A DNA stretch of 64,000 nucleotides from Chiloscyllium plagiosum. Taxonomy: Eukaryota. The stretch's first letter is position 1; every line of letters starts with the position of its first letter. The notes beneath the pieces are model-generated. The model saw only the letters and a list, made by a program, of their open reading frames with translations, had not been told where the DNA came from and made no database searches. The position numbers were made by a program, and so were the translations under genes. The stretch is taken from assembly GCF_004010195.1 (NCBI RefSeq), contig NC_057719.1, positions 71,812,055 to 71,876,054 of the forward strand, written 5' to 3'. Shown here in pieces: positions 38,236-51,264 of the stretch.

Positions 38236-39888
38236 AAACCCTTCCTATTCATATACCCATCCAGGTGCCTTTTAAATGTTGTAATTGTACCAGCCTCCAC
38301 CACATCCTCTGGCAGCCCCTTCCATACATGTACCACCCTCTGTGTGAAAAGGTTGCCCCTTAGGTCCCTTTTATATCTTTCCCCTCTCACCTTAAACCTA
38401 TGCCCTCTAGTTCTGGACTCCCCCACCCCAGGGAAGAGACTTTGTCTATTTATCCTATCCATGCCCCTCATGATTTTATAAATCTTTATAAGGTCAACCC
38501 TCAGCCTCCGACGCTCCAGGGAAAACAGCTCCAGCCTATTCAGCCTTTTCCCTATAGCTCAAATTCTCCAGTGCTGGCAAAATCCTTGTAAGTCTTTTCT
38601 GAACCCTTTCAGGTTTCACAACATCCTTTTGAAAGTAAGGAGACCAGAATTGCACACAATATTCCAACAGTGGTCTAACCAAGTCCTGTACAGCCACAAC
38701 ATGATCTTCCAACTACTTTGCTCAATACTCTGGCCAATAAAGGGAAGTATACCAAACAACTTCTTCACTATCCTATCTACGTGCAACTCCACTTTCAAGG
38801 AAATATGAACCTGCACTCCAAGGTCTCTTTGTTCAGCAACACTCCCTAGGGCCTTACAATTAAGTGTATAAATCCTGCTCTGATTTGCTTTTCCAAAATG
38901 CAGCACCTCGCATTTATCTAATTTAAATTCCATCTGCCACTCCTCAATTCATTGGCCCATCTGATCAAGATCCCATTGTAATCTGAGGTAACCCTCTTCA
39001 CTGTCCACTACACCTCCAATTTTAGTATCATCTGAAAACTTACTAACTATGCCTCCTATGTTTACATCCAAATTATTTATATAAATGATGAAAAACAGCG
39101 GACCCAGCACCTGTTCCTTGTGGTATGCCAGTGGTCACAGGCCTCCAGTCTGAAAAGCAACCCTCCACCACCACCCTCTGTCTTCTACCTTTGAGCCAAT
39201 TCTGTACCTTAATGGCTAATTCTCCCTGTATTCCATGAGATCTAACCTTGCTAACCAGTCTCCCAGGAGGAACCTTTTCGAACGCCTTAATGAAGTCCAT
39301 ATACTTCATGTCTATAGCTCTGCCCTCATTAACCACTGTTATTTCTTCAAAAAACTCAATCAAGTTTGTGAGTCATGATTTCCCACACACAAAGCTATGC
39401 TGACTATCCCTGATCAGTTCTTGTCTTTCCAAATATGTGTAAATTCTGTCCCTCAGGATTCCCTCCAATAACTTACCCACCACCAACCTTAGGCTCACCA
39501 GTCTATAAATCTCTGCCTTTCCCTTACCACCTTTCTTAAATAGTGTCATCACGTTAACCACCCTCCAGTGTTCCAGCACCTCAGCTGTGACTATCGATGA
39601 TACAAATATCTCAGCAAAAGGCCTAACAATCACTTTTCTAGCTTCCCACAGAGTCCTAGGGTCCAGCTGATCAGGTCCTGGGGATTTATCCACTCTTATG
39701 CGTTTCAAGACATCTAGCACCTTCTTCTCTGCAATACAGACATTTTTCAAGATGCCACCATCTATTTCCCCACATTCTATATCTTCCCTGTCCTTCTCCA
39801 CAGTAAACACTGATGCCAAATACTCATTTAGCATCTCCCCCATCTCCTGTCACTCCATACATGGGCTGCCTTGCTAATCTTTGAGGGA

Positions 39889-40114
39889 GAAAGTGAGAAA
39901 GTGAGGACTGCAGATGCTGGAGATCAGAGCTGAAAATGTGTTGCTGGAAAAGCGCAGCAGGTCAGGCAGCATCCAAGGAGCAGGAGAATCGACGTTTCGG
40001 GCATGAGCCCTTCTTCAGGTTTCCTGAAGAAGGACTCATGCCCGAAACGTCGATTCTCCTGCTCCTTGGATGCTGCCAGACCTGCTGCGCTTTTCCAGCA
40101 ACACATTTTCATCT
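39889..40114. mobile_element. Palindromic pLTR-derived insertion with two back-to-back hammerhead cores
   Basis: Minus 39991-40018 reads CUGAAGA-A-GGGC(ucau)GCCC-GAAAC-GUC, and plus 40024-40051 is the same with one stem mismatch. 15-bp TSD ctaatctttgaggga (39874-39888 and 40115-40129). Confidence 0.85.
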
Positions 40115-40570
40115 CTAATCTTTGAGGGACCCTATTCTCTCCCTAGGTCCCCTTTTGTCCTTAATGTACTTATAAAATCCCTATGGATTCTCCTTAACCC
40201 TATTTGCCAAAGATATCTCAAAAGATATCTTTTTGCCCTCCTGATTTCGCTCTTAAGTGCACTCCTACTTGCATTGTGGAAACTTACATTGCAACATACA
40301 AGTTATATAAAGTATTTTGTGTAAATGTCCTCATTGAAAGTTTACACTCCATCACACATACACTGCAAATACACTGAAAAGCACTATGCCTTCAATGTTT
40401 CTCAGGACCATTTTTAAAAAGGTTTGTTAATGCTCCCTGCTATACCTAGAACCTGTAAGATTTTTCTCTACTTGATGAATTCTACAATTTTGGCCATTTT
40501 ATCAAAGGGGATGACAAACAGGTGAGGAGAATTGGAAGGTGCGTATGCCAGACTGACACCCATACATTAC

Positions 40571-41395
40571 CTCATGGCTGGCTTCACAGCAATACCAAGT
40601 GACCGGGTTCCAATTGTAGGGTCAGGTCCCTGAGCTGAATGAAAAAAATCTTCTTTGAATGTCGAATGGTGAAAGAAATCCTTGATCAGGATCGTTTGGT
40701 TTCCTGAAATATTATGATGCTCACGAGAAAGAATATTTGCATCCGAATGACTTTATTTGTCATCCCAACTCCCTGTGGTGAATACAATTGATAGTTCTGT
40801 TGTTGTTAATGGAATTGTAACATTAACATGCAGTTCATGATGATTAATATTCTGCATGTGATCCTACTCTATAATTGTTATACATAGGAGTAGTTATCAT
40901 TGTTCAGAAACGGTAATGTTATTTTATTGACAAATTGGGGAAAGGTCTTTTGCTCTTTTTTTCAATGTTATCTTAATTCTAAACATGTTCCCTTCACTGA
41001 CATCATGTTCCATCATGATCGCTACAGGAACCATCAGAAAGGTGCTGTCAATATTCTACAATGGTTTAAATCCTTTTCTATCCTGTTATTATCATCTGAA
41101 ACTACTACATATTTTTTGTAGGTCTCAGCAGTATATTGCACTGGTAGTTTCTGTTTACAGGCTGCAATTGTAGATGTTCTAAAATATGTCAGTTTGAAAC
41201 TAGGTATGCTAATACCTTTATTTCAAATAGCCAGAAATCTTATAAAATATCACCTTGTTGATTGAGCAGTGATGGATCATATATTGATCAACTGGTCAGA
41301 TGATTAAGTGCTCTAATGTCATTTGCAGGCTATTATGTCTGCTTTTCATCTCATTCGTCCTCATCTACTGCAATAATCTAAAGTAAAAGTGCTAC
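40571..41395 (-). pseudogene. Candidate decayed cadherin-repeat exon
   Basis: Bounded by ttcag| and |gtaatg. Motifs IIAVDEDE, FEIKVLA, LQPVN, CSDHDG, DLSPIC..ITVSE and ELHVNVTIPLTTT. A long frame reads through a single TAA. Confidence 0.5.
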
Positions 41396-42759
41396 CTGAA
41401 TAATTGGGAAAATTGCCTGAGACTTTGGACTCCATGTTCAATTTCTTCCTTGAAACCATACCGTGTTCTGCATCCCATTACCAGCCTCAAACACTGCTCA
41501 TTGCAACCTGCCCTTTCATTCACCTACTCATAATCTCTATTTATCAAGGCTCATACTTATCATTCACTTGCTATGCTACATCCTCACACACTTAATTTTC
41601 TGCAAGCCTCTGAACTGATCATATTTAACGAATCAGTGCCTATAAAACTCAAAGCATAATGTCCAACATTAAATAAGATTTGTGAGTGGAAATCACTTGC
41701 TGGATAATCCAGTATGTGCTAAGAATAATACTAACAAACAATTTAAAATGATCAGTTGTAGTCACAATATATGCTTTATGCTTTATCATTTATGCTTCCT
41801 AGTTACATATGCCCTGTCACCTCTGCAAACAAAATGAATATCCAGGCATTGTGTCCTTTACAGTTAAACAGAGCATGAGGGAGAGGGACAATGGTTCCAT
41901 GATGAAATTCCTTGGCAATCTCCCATCCACTCAGAGTTAACTTGCTTTGTTTGAATTTAAACAACGCTTGAGGAGTAACAGCTTCATGGTGCATTCTCTG
42001 TTATAGTGCATGGATCAATCAGACTGCATGAAACAACCAATCAATACCCTTTTCTCATATGGCTTAAATCACTTCCTGTTTGAAATTTGATACTCTTGAC
42101 TCTGTCCTGTTGAGTGTAGGGTGAAACACTTTAATGTGTGTCTCTTTTCTCAGCAAAATCTAGTTAGGTCTTGATGAATAGAGAGTTGTAATGGCCTCCC
42201 TCATACCATTGTGGATAGCAAGCTGTGAGAAGCTGCAAATATCATCAGTTCCAGCCTGGATGGAACTAGGCACATAAAAACACATCATCTCTTGTGTTTT
42301 TGCTCTGAACAAAAACATATCAAACACGATTTGAATGATGGTAATCTGAACAAAGAGCTCTTGAATTAAGAATAAAGGATTCTGGATGAGCTCTTCATGC
42401 GTGTAACCTGCTGATCAATACTGCTCCAGCTACTATATCATTTGTTAGTTGATATGTCTTCCTGTGGTGTATACTAACCCATTTACATATTGTGCAGTTA
42501 TGCTAATCACTACTTTAAATTATAAGCCTGACTGAACAATATCAAAACATCCCCCTTTCCATACATAGAAAAATATCACACAAGTTTTGCACATATTACA
42601 ATAAATAATTTTGGATGTTTTTTGTACATATGTCTCATTCGTTGGTCAAGTGTCATTGAAAAATATTGGAGATCTGCTGACTTGTCCTGATCTGGTAACG
42701 TAGGAACTTTGCCAAGGCTAGAAATTGCCAATTTCTTTTTTTGACTCATGGGTAACCCT

Positions 42760-43585
42760 CTTGATGGAGTTTAATTTAGATAAATGTGAGGTGTTGCATT
42801 TTTGCAAGGCAAATCAGGGCAAGACCTACACACTTAATGATAAGGTCCTGGAGAGAGTTGCTGAACAAAGAGACCTTGGAGTGCAGATTCATAGTTCCTT
42901 GAAAGTAGAGTGGCAGGTAAATAGGATAGTGAAGAAGGCATTTGGTATGTTTGTTTTTATTGATTAGTGCATTGCATGTAGGATTTGGGGGCTCATGTTG
43001 TGGCTATACAGGACATCTGTACAAAAGTAGGCCACTTTTGGAATATTGTGTACAATTCTGGTCTCCCTGCTATAGGAAGGATGTTGTAAAACTTGAAAGG
43101 GTTCAGAAAAGATTTAGAAGGATGTTGCCAGGATATTGGAGGGAGCTAGAGGGAGAGGCTGCGTAGGCTGGAGCTACTTTTTCTGGAGCACAGAGGCTGT
43201 GGGGTGACCTTTTTGAGGTTTATAAAATCATGAGGGTCATGGATAGTGTAAACAAACAAGGTCTTTAGCCTGGGATGGGGGCTCCCAGAACTAGAGAGTA
43301 TAGGTTTAAGGTGAGAGGGGAAAGATTTGAAAGGGACACAAGAGGCAACTTTTTCACACATAGGGTAGTGTGTGTATGGAATGAGCTGGCAGAAGAAGTG
43401 GTTGAGACTGGTACAATTGCAATATTTAAAAAGCATCTGGATGGGTATATGAATAGGAAAGGTTTATAGGGATATGGGCCAAATGCTAGCAAATGGGACT
43501 AAATTTATTTAGGCTTTCTGGTTGGCATGGGTGAGTTAGACTGAGGGTCTGTTTTCATGCTGTACATCTCTGTGACTCTCTGACT
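42760..43585 (+). mobile_element. CR1 LINE 3' fragment
   Basis: MEFNLDKCEVLHF..., RPLLEYCVQFWSP and the 3' tail. Confidence 0.92.
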
Positions 43586-44336
43586 CTAAGTGTTGTATAT
43601 GTCAGCTTCTTCATTCCACTCCCTGAACATGAATTTGCATTTATTCTTGAAACAACAAGTGTGTTAAGTATTATGCTGCTGGTTAATCTCTCAACTGACA
43701 TCAGTTCTTCCTCAGCGTTGCTCCTTTCAGGATGGTCACCTTTTCTGACCATGGCTAATGGATGACACCTCCACAAGGAGTCATGCTCTTTCTTGCATGT
43801 GGATCACTCTGAAATTCTGCAAAGCATTCTGATGAAACAAACTCATGTTTGTCAATTGGGATTTTCATTTTTACTTATATTTCTTATATAATGTTTCTTG
43901 GACTGGCAAAAATGTGATTGGAAGTGATGCCCTGACCGGCCATCAGCTGGGGTATCCCATTTCAATCACTGTCTCTGAGTACAGATTCTTGCAGGTGAAT
44001 TTCAGACTGGGCAATATTCCATCTGTCATGGTCCTTGCCTGTTCACTTAGCCTGTCAAAAATTCCCTGAAGCCTTTTTGCAGCCTCCTCATGAATCACAT
44101 TCCCACTTAGTTTTGAGTCTTCAATAAATTCTGTAATATATTTGATCCCTACACCCAAACTCTTGATCTAGATAGTGAATAGTGGGGCTCAATGCACATC
44201 TCCTTATGGTACCCTACTGCTCACTGTAATCCGACCTGAGATTAACCCATTGATTCTGACTTTCTGTTTTACGTATATTATCCAATTCTCAATATGTGTT
44301 TGTGCTTTAAATTGTGCTGCCATCAAACCAGCATGA

Positions 44337-44728
44337 AACCAACACCCTTGAGATTTTCATGTGGGCACCACAGGGAGTGGAGTGTATTATTTCCCCCTCC
44401 AACTCTATTTTGATTTAGTCCCTGCCCTCACCTTTACCTTTTTCATCACACAGCATTGCCCTTTGATGTGAAGGGCACTGCTTACCACTGGCCACTCGGG
44501 TGTTTCTTTTCTTTCCGGTGGTGGAAATTGAGTAAAGATTTGTACACCAGTTGTCTTTCATTGTGTCTCACACCTGCACACACACACCATGGGTGCTGGG
44601 GAAAATATAAGTACTACAGCTGTTAGGCAGGAATGTGGGGAAAAATAAAAATAAATATCTATATAACCAGCAGATTTAGAGTCTCCTCAGTTTAGGGCAC
44701 TGACTTTGTGCTGGTTAGTGGAAAAAAA
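44337..44728 (+). mobile_element. Tx1-clade LINE 3' end with a 15-bp TSD and terminal hairpin
   Basis: WAPQGVECIISPSNSILI* C-terminus. atcaaaccagcatga at 44322-44336 and 44729-44743. Inverted repeat taaccagca...tgctggtta precedes the A-tail. Confidence 0.75.
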
Positions 44729-44742
44729 ATCAAACCAGCATG

Positions 44743-45036
44743 ACATACTGGTTAACATTTTCAGCTTCCTGTTTTACATGTTCCTGGCACATATTTGCCA
44801 CACTGCTGCAAATGTGTCACTAGTATATTGTGCGCTGGAACTATGCCATGCACCATGGAAAATTACTTACAGTGTGGAAACAGGCCCTTACATACTGGTT
44901 AACATTTTCAGCTTCCTTTTTTACATGCTCCTGGCACATATTTGCCACACTGCTGCAAATGTGTCACTAGTATATTGTGCTCTGGAACTATGCCATGCAC
45001 CATGGAAAATTACTTACAGTGTGGAAACAGGCCCTT
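44743..45036. repeat. 147-bp tandem duplication including a SINE tail
   Basis: 44743-44889 versus 44890-45036, with three substitutions seen. Confidence 0.93.
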
Positions 45037-45314
45037 CGTCCCAACAAGTCCACACCAACCCACCAAAGCGCAACCCACCCAGACCCATTCCCTTACATTT
45101 ACCCCTTCACCTAACACTATGGGCAATTTAGCATGGCCAATTCACCTAACCTGCACATTTTTGGATTGTGGGAGGAAACCGGAGCACTCGGAGGAAACCC
45201 AGGCAGACACGGGGAGAATGTGCAAACTCCACACAGTCGCCTGAGGCGAGAATTGAACCCGGGTCTCTGGCACTGTGAGGCAGCAGTGCCATCCACTGTG
45301 CCACCGTACCACCC
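45010..45314 (-). mobile_element. Full-length HE1/V-SINE
   Basis: tRNA-like head with A and B boxes, V domain and tail. Confidence 0.92.
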
Positions 45315-45564
45315 ACTATTTTATGTGCTCAAATGGCATCTGTATCAAACAATTGTTACTACAAATCTGAACCATGCAACAATCACCTGATGCATGATGC
45401 CTTCTTTATTCTTTGAAACTCGAACAGTTCCTACACTGCAGTGGTTAGAGCTGTGCTTTAGTACAATCACCCACCTCTCCTTTTGCAGGGGCAGTTGAGA
45501 GGGAGGAGTTCAAAAAGACTGGCAAAAGAGGTTGAAAAACATTCCAATGCCTTTCTGATGCACC

Positions 45565-46165
45565 TCATGAAATAACAAAACACATTTCAAATGTTATCGG
45601 TTTGTTTTCTACTGCGTTTTTGGATCAAGATGAAGTGCTCAGTCTCAATATTTACATAAAACAGAGAGTACCAAATATATGGGCGGCAATCTATACAGTG
45701 TGCTTTTAATTTGAACACACCAATGGCAAAAAAGGGAATGTATGATGATAAGAAAGTAATATAATGATAAAGGTTGACATTTGCCATCCATCATTTGTCT
45801 TTTATAAAGAACAGACCCTCACAGACATCAATCTCCTTTAGACTGATTGTTTCGATTTAATGACTCTTTGTGATAAGGCTGGGAAAGTAAATAATCCAAA
45901 GTCGAGATTATACTGACAAAGTCGTGTATGACAATCAACTGTATACATATATCCGTATTCATTGTCACATTTTGGGTTATTCACCCAGATTGGTTTTCAG
46001 GTTTTCTGCCTTTACTAGCTTTCCAATACATTAACCATCTATTCTCTATGGCTATGAATGCATTGTACGTTTGCTCAATATCAATGTAAATACCAGCAAA
46101 GGTTTGAAAAACCAAGAACCCTTAGTGTGTACAACATCCACAATCAAAACCAATCCTCATCAAAA
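45565..46165 (-). pseudogene. Candidate decayed cadherin-repeat exon
   Basis: TYNAFIAIEN, CIGKLVKAE, MYTVDCHT(+1 shift)DFVSIISTLDY, KCQP, FKLKAHCID and YSLFYVNIET. Confidence 0.55.
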
Positions 46166-47629
46166 GCTGTTTTTTTTCTTATCAGATTAAGCACTCAAAC
46201 TTTAAACCAATAAGTAACTTGGTGCATCCAGTCAGTCAACTGAGCTAAGCAGTGTCATATCATAAGGTATACATTTCTAAATTTAAGAACCATAGTCCCA
46301 GATTTTCAGGCTCCAGATAGTATGCAACTGGATGTACTCAGAAAGATGGAATTCAGGATCCCTTTAACATTCTGACTCAATGGCTAGGAGCTTTCTGACC
46401 TTTTGTTGGTTAGTTATCTGGGGAAGGGATTGAGTAGTGTTAATGTCACTAAACTAGTAACATAGAAACCTAAGCTAATGATCTGGGAGCATGGTTTTGA
46501 ATCCCACCAAAGCAAATGTTGAAATTTGAAATCAATTAATAAATATGGAATTAAAAGCCAGTCTGATGTTAACTATTAAGCTATTGTTGATTGTTATCAA
46601 CCCGCATGGAGTACATCTAACTGGCCTGGAAGAGTGCACCTCCAACAAAATTCAAGAAGCTCAATGTCATTCAGGGCCACATCCATTACTGAAAGAGGAA
46701 GTTTCCTTTGTTCACCTTAACCCCCCCAAAACCAGATGGAGACATTTGGGAGCTTCACCAATGTTTACTCATGCATGTGTAAGGGAGATATACTCTTCCC
46801 TTTGGAAAAGTGGATTTCCCAACTTCGTTACTCAATGTGCCCCTTACCAGGTCCCCATCACACGAAGGCCTTTCACTGGTGGGTGAATGTGTGTACCAGT
46901 GCATGAAGGTGTGTCCTTTTCCCTTGGTTCCCAAACCCCAACTTGTCACATCTCAAATCTGTAACTTATGCTTTTGCTAGTATGCAATCGGTAAGCTAGA
47001 ATAATACTTACCAAATTGTTATTTTCACAAGACTGCATCAGATCCAAGTCATAGCACCATCAAAAGGGGAGATTTGTTTTATACACTCCAACCCACAAAA
47101 ACCAAGCAGAGATATTTGGAAGTTTCACTGGTATTTATTTATGCAAATGCAAGGGAATTGTTCTTGAGGGAAAGATGGATCTTCCCAAGCTGTTATAAAA
47201 CACTGATTTTATACTTCTTTTCCAATGGGCGTTACATTATTTGAAATTACCAATCACCCATAGTACATATGATTCCATTTGTTTAATCATGGTCAAATTC
47301 CATTGACAGAATTAACACAAGGGCACACACGCAGGATTGGGGGAAAGGTAAACAGATGGCCAATTGCTATGTCTTTAATCTTGTTCTGTTTGGGACACCT
47401 TTTCTTTACAGACTGGAACATCTTATCTGTTTATTGCCCCAATACAATGGTTTAATGTCTTCGGGAGATACATCTGGTCTTCTTCCCATAGAAAAGGAGC
47501 CATTTGCTCTGGGTCTCACATCATTCACACGAGAGTGTTATCATTTCACCCTCCTGTGTGACGTTTTCATGTCTCTGGGACATGACCATTTTGTTTTAAC
47601 TCTTTTCTCCTTTGTTTGTGCTGTTAGCA

Positions 47630-48025
47630 TTGGAGGCTGAGGGTTGACCTTATAGAGATTTATAAGATCATGCGGGGCATGGATAGGATAAATAGACAAA
47701 GTCTTTTCCCTGGGGTGGGGGAGTCCAGAAATAGAGGATACAGATTTAGGGTGAGAGGGGAAAGATATAAAAGAGACCTAAGAGACAACTTTTTCACGCA
47801 GAGGAAGGTACATGTCTGGAATGAGCTGCCATAGGAAGTGGTAGAGGCTAGTACAATTGCAACATTTATAAGGTATCTGGATGGGTACATGAATAGAAGG
47901 GTTTGGAGGGATATGGGCCGGGTGCTGGCAGGTGGGACTAGATTGGGTTGGGATATCTGGTTGGCATAGACAGGTTGGACTGAAGGGTGCGTTTCTGTGC
48001 TGTAAATCTCTATGACTCTATGACT
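47630..48025 (+). mobile_element. CR1 LINE 3' end
   Basis: Same family as 53820-54222, with a ctatgact tail. Confidence 0.92.
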
Positions 48026-48923
48026 AAAATGTCTAACCACTTGCAACCTTAACATTCCTGGATTAGTTCAACTATTTTTCCTAAGCTACATTATTTGCTC
48101 AAAACATTATCTTACCTAAAGTTATTTAAAGTTTCATTTTAACTGATTTTTTCTCTTTAAATCACCTTCAACATTCACTTCCTCAACCCTCTAATGACAA
48201 TGGCAGTAGTGTGTTACATCTGCATGACACACTCCAACAACTCATCAAGGGTCCTGAAGCAGCACTATCCTAACCACAACTTCTATCATCTAGAAGGGCA
48301 GATACATGGGAGTACCAACACCTGGAAACTATATCACCACCCATTCACTGTCACTGAATCAAAACCCTGGAATTCCCACCATATCCTATGGGCACCCTAA
48401 AGGCAGAAGCAGTTCAAGTAGAAAGCTCATCCCTATTTTGTCAATTATGGCCTCGACATCAATGCCCAAATCTCGTGACTATTTTTTTAAAAAAATTGAA
48501 TATTCTGAAAAAGTCTTCAAATCTGAATTACAGTCATAAACTTCAGAAGGTTCCAGCTTACTTAGCTGGAAGCTCACCCAGGAAAAGTGAGACAGATGAA
48601 AACCTGCTCTGATTCCTGTGTACCCATACTGATGATACCCTCCATTCATTCACATATATCTCCCAAACACTCAATCACATGCATTGATCTGCCCCGATTA
48701 TGACCTGTTCCAATTACAAACTGCAACCATATCCCTTCAACCATATCCCTGAACTCCCTAAATGCCTGATTCTCACACTATAAATTCCCAGAAACTCAAG
48801 ACAGGTCCAGAGGCATTTGACTCCAACAATCCTCTCCCCAGTCACCTGGTGACCACTCCCCATTTTAACCTAACCTCAGCACCCAAATCCCCCACAATCC
48901 CCTCAACTGTCACTCATGTGTCT

Positions 48924-49234
48924 TTAGATTAGATTAAATTCCCTACAGTGTGGAAACAGGCCCATCGGCCCAACAAGTCCACACTGAGCCTCTGAAGAGT
49001 AACCCACCCACCTCTGACTAATGCATCTAACACTATGGACAATTTAGCATGGCCAATTCACCTGACCTGCACATCTTTGGATTGTGGGAGGAAACTGGAG
49101 CACCCAGAGGAAACCCAAGCAGAAACGGGGAGAATATGCAAACTCCACACAGACAGTCGCCCAAGGCTGGGATCAAACCTGGGACCCTAGCGCTGTGAGG
49201 CAGTAGTGCTAACCACTGAGCCACCATGTCTGCC
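48924..49234 (-). mobile_element. Full-length HE1/V-SINE
   Basis: A box, B box, V domain and (agatt)n tail. Confidence 0.92.
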
Positions 49235-49949
49235 AGTCTCCCCCCCCACCGCAACCACCCACCTGCCATTCTACTACCTCGCTGACTTGCCTTACATATT
49301 TTCTCTCCATAGTTTGTCAAAGAAACTTGGAGATCTCCAAACTGTTATCTTTACAAGACTGCATCAGATCCAAATCACAGCACCACTGAAAAGAGAGATT
49401 TATTTTATTCATCTAAACCCACATACATCTTTTGGAGATGTTTAGTTACCTGAATACAACAGGTTTGATGTTTGCTGCACTATGGGAGTTGGAAGAATTC
49501 CATTGGAATTTGACCCCAAAATATCCTAGGAAGCTAAGTAAGTAACCTTTTGTCTGATCTGAGTTGGAAATTGGGATTCTGAGCCAGATTGGAAGAGTAA
49601 ATTTATAGACAATGAATACTTTAAATAAACATACTACTGCGAGTTACTGTCAACTCCATTTGGCCTAATTCCCTGACTCAGCACAGAATATCAGCATGTG
49701 ACAGCACCACTCATAAAGATATTGGAATAAACATCAGTTCATCAATATTCAATGTCAACCTTTGACAATGGCAGAGCTCATTCTGATTGTAAATAAGATA
49801 CCTGGATTGAATATCCTATTATCACACTGAAAAAAACCCTGTTCTCATGGTTAAAAAACAAACCATTTGAGCCAAGCAGCTGACCCTTGCTATTTTGCAA
49901 AATACAGAAAATTAAAAAGAATAACACAGAAGAAAGTCTACCAATAATA

Positions 49950-50125
49950 GTGAATGCTGGAGAAACTCAGGTCTGGAAGCATCTGTGGAGAGAACGAACA
50001 GTTCTGAAGAAGGGTCACTGGACTCGAAGCACCAACTTTGCTTTCTGTCTATAGATACTTCCAGAACTGCTGAATTTCTCCAACAATTTCTGGTTTTGTT
50101 TCAGACTTCCTGCATCTGCAATTTT
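49950..50125 (+). mobile_element. Older palindromic pLTR-derived element with a degenerate hammerhead
   Basis: GUU-CUGAAGA-A-GGGUC(acug)GACUC-GAAGCACC-AAC. A short inverted arm lies upstream (gctggagaaactcagg...gagagaa versus ttctgtctatag...ttctccaac). Confidence 0.6.
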
Positions 50126-51264
50126 TCTTTAAAATGTACTGTATATGTTACCAAATGCACAAACGCATCCTTCACTCCTTTAACATTCAGTGGCAGCTGT
50201 CTTTCTTTGTCAGTCAGAACATATAGTTTCAAACTCCACTGCAAGACCTGATCACATAATTTAGACTGATATTTCAATGTTAAATGTGAAACAAGTCATT
50301 GTCAGAAATAATGGGCTGAATTTAGTGTCCCCTGCATGAAGTGAGGTGGTGGAGGGAGTGCATATTCAGGACTGACTGACACCTCACCCATATCGGCAAG
50401 AAATCCCACCTTAATTAAGCTCTGATCAATCACTGAAGATGTGACCAGCAGCCTCTTGGTGTGTCATAAGCCTCCAACCAGTCTTGTGAGATGTTGTCAG
50501 TCAGGTGGTAGCAATAACTAATGGGTGAATCGATTATTTTTGAGGGGATTGGTTGTGGCGAGGGGCGGGGAGATGGGGGAAAAGTGCCATCGTAGTGTGT
50601 GCTTTGTTTTCTGCAGGGTCTTTGAACCAGATATGGCAATGCCAATGTTAGTGCCTGCAGTATAAGAACTAGACATGGAAATATCAAACTGAAGATTCAA
50701 CAGATGTTTCTGGCGGCTCCTGATACATACATACACATCAGTCACAGTCTGGACTAAAATTAGCTCTTCGGTTGCAAACAGTAGCAGGCTTCAAGAGTGT
50801 GTCATAACTCAAGTGGCCCAAGTAAGGTGGAGACTGAAACCTACATGCTACCCATGCCCACTAGTGGCCCAGCTTAGGGCAGATGGAGTAGTTCCAATCC
50901 AGAAGGCAAGGTATTCTGCTTTCCCTGCTGGAATGATAGGTAATCAGTCTGGTGACAGATTCAGTTGCTTAAATGACCAATCATTTATTAATTAAAGGTT
51001 TGATTGGTAGCAGGCTGCCAATGTTTCTCACATACTTTCATCCAGAACTTAAAGGCTGAGAGGGCAGCACAGTGTCAGGTATCTCAGCAATTCCAACTCG
51101 CTCGAATATTTACCCTTCCTGCCACTTGCCCACCCACTTCCTGAGTGGGGAACCTCCCACGTATTGCCTTGGTTAAGGCTTGTTTATTCAAATCGGCATG
51201 AAATATGAAGAAGAAAACAGAGCTCTCCTTGTTTCTTAGCTCCCATTCATTATTCAATGAATAC

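Larger units (their letters stand above)
37769..40250 (-). mobile_element. HER1-type CR1 LINE ORF2, containing an inverted CR1 3' end and a palindromic insertion
   Basis: ORFs GEMLNEYLASVFT..., YMDFIKAFEKVP, WRPVTTGIPQG and FKLDKCEVLHFG. Confidence 0.93.

Noticed and set aside
44706..45131. 141-aa ORF with an internal repeat
   Set aside because: It is produced by the 147-bp duplication plus SINE sequence.
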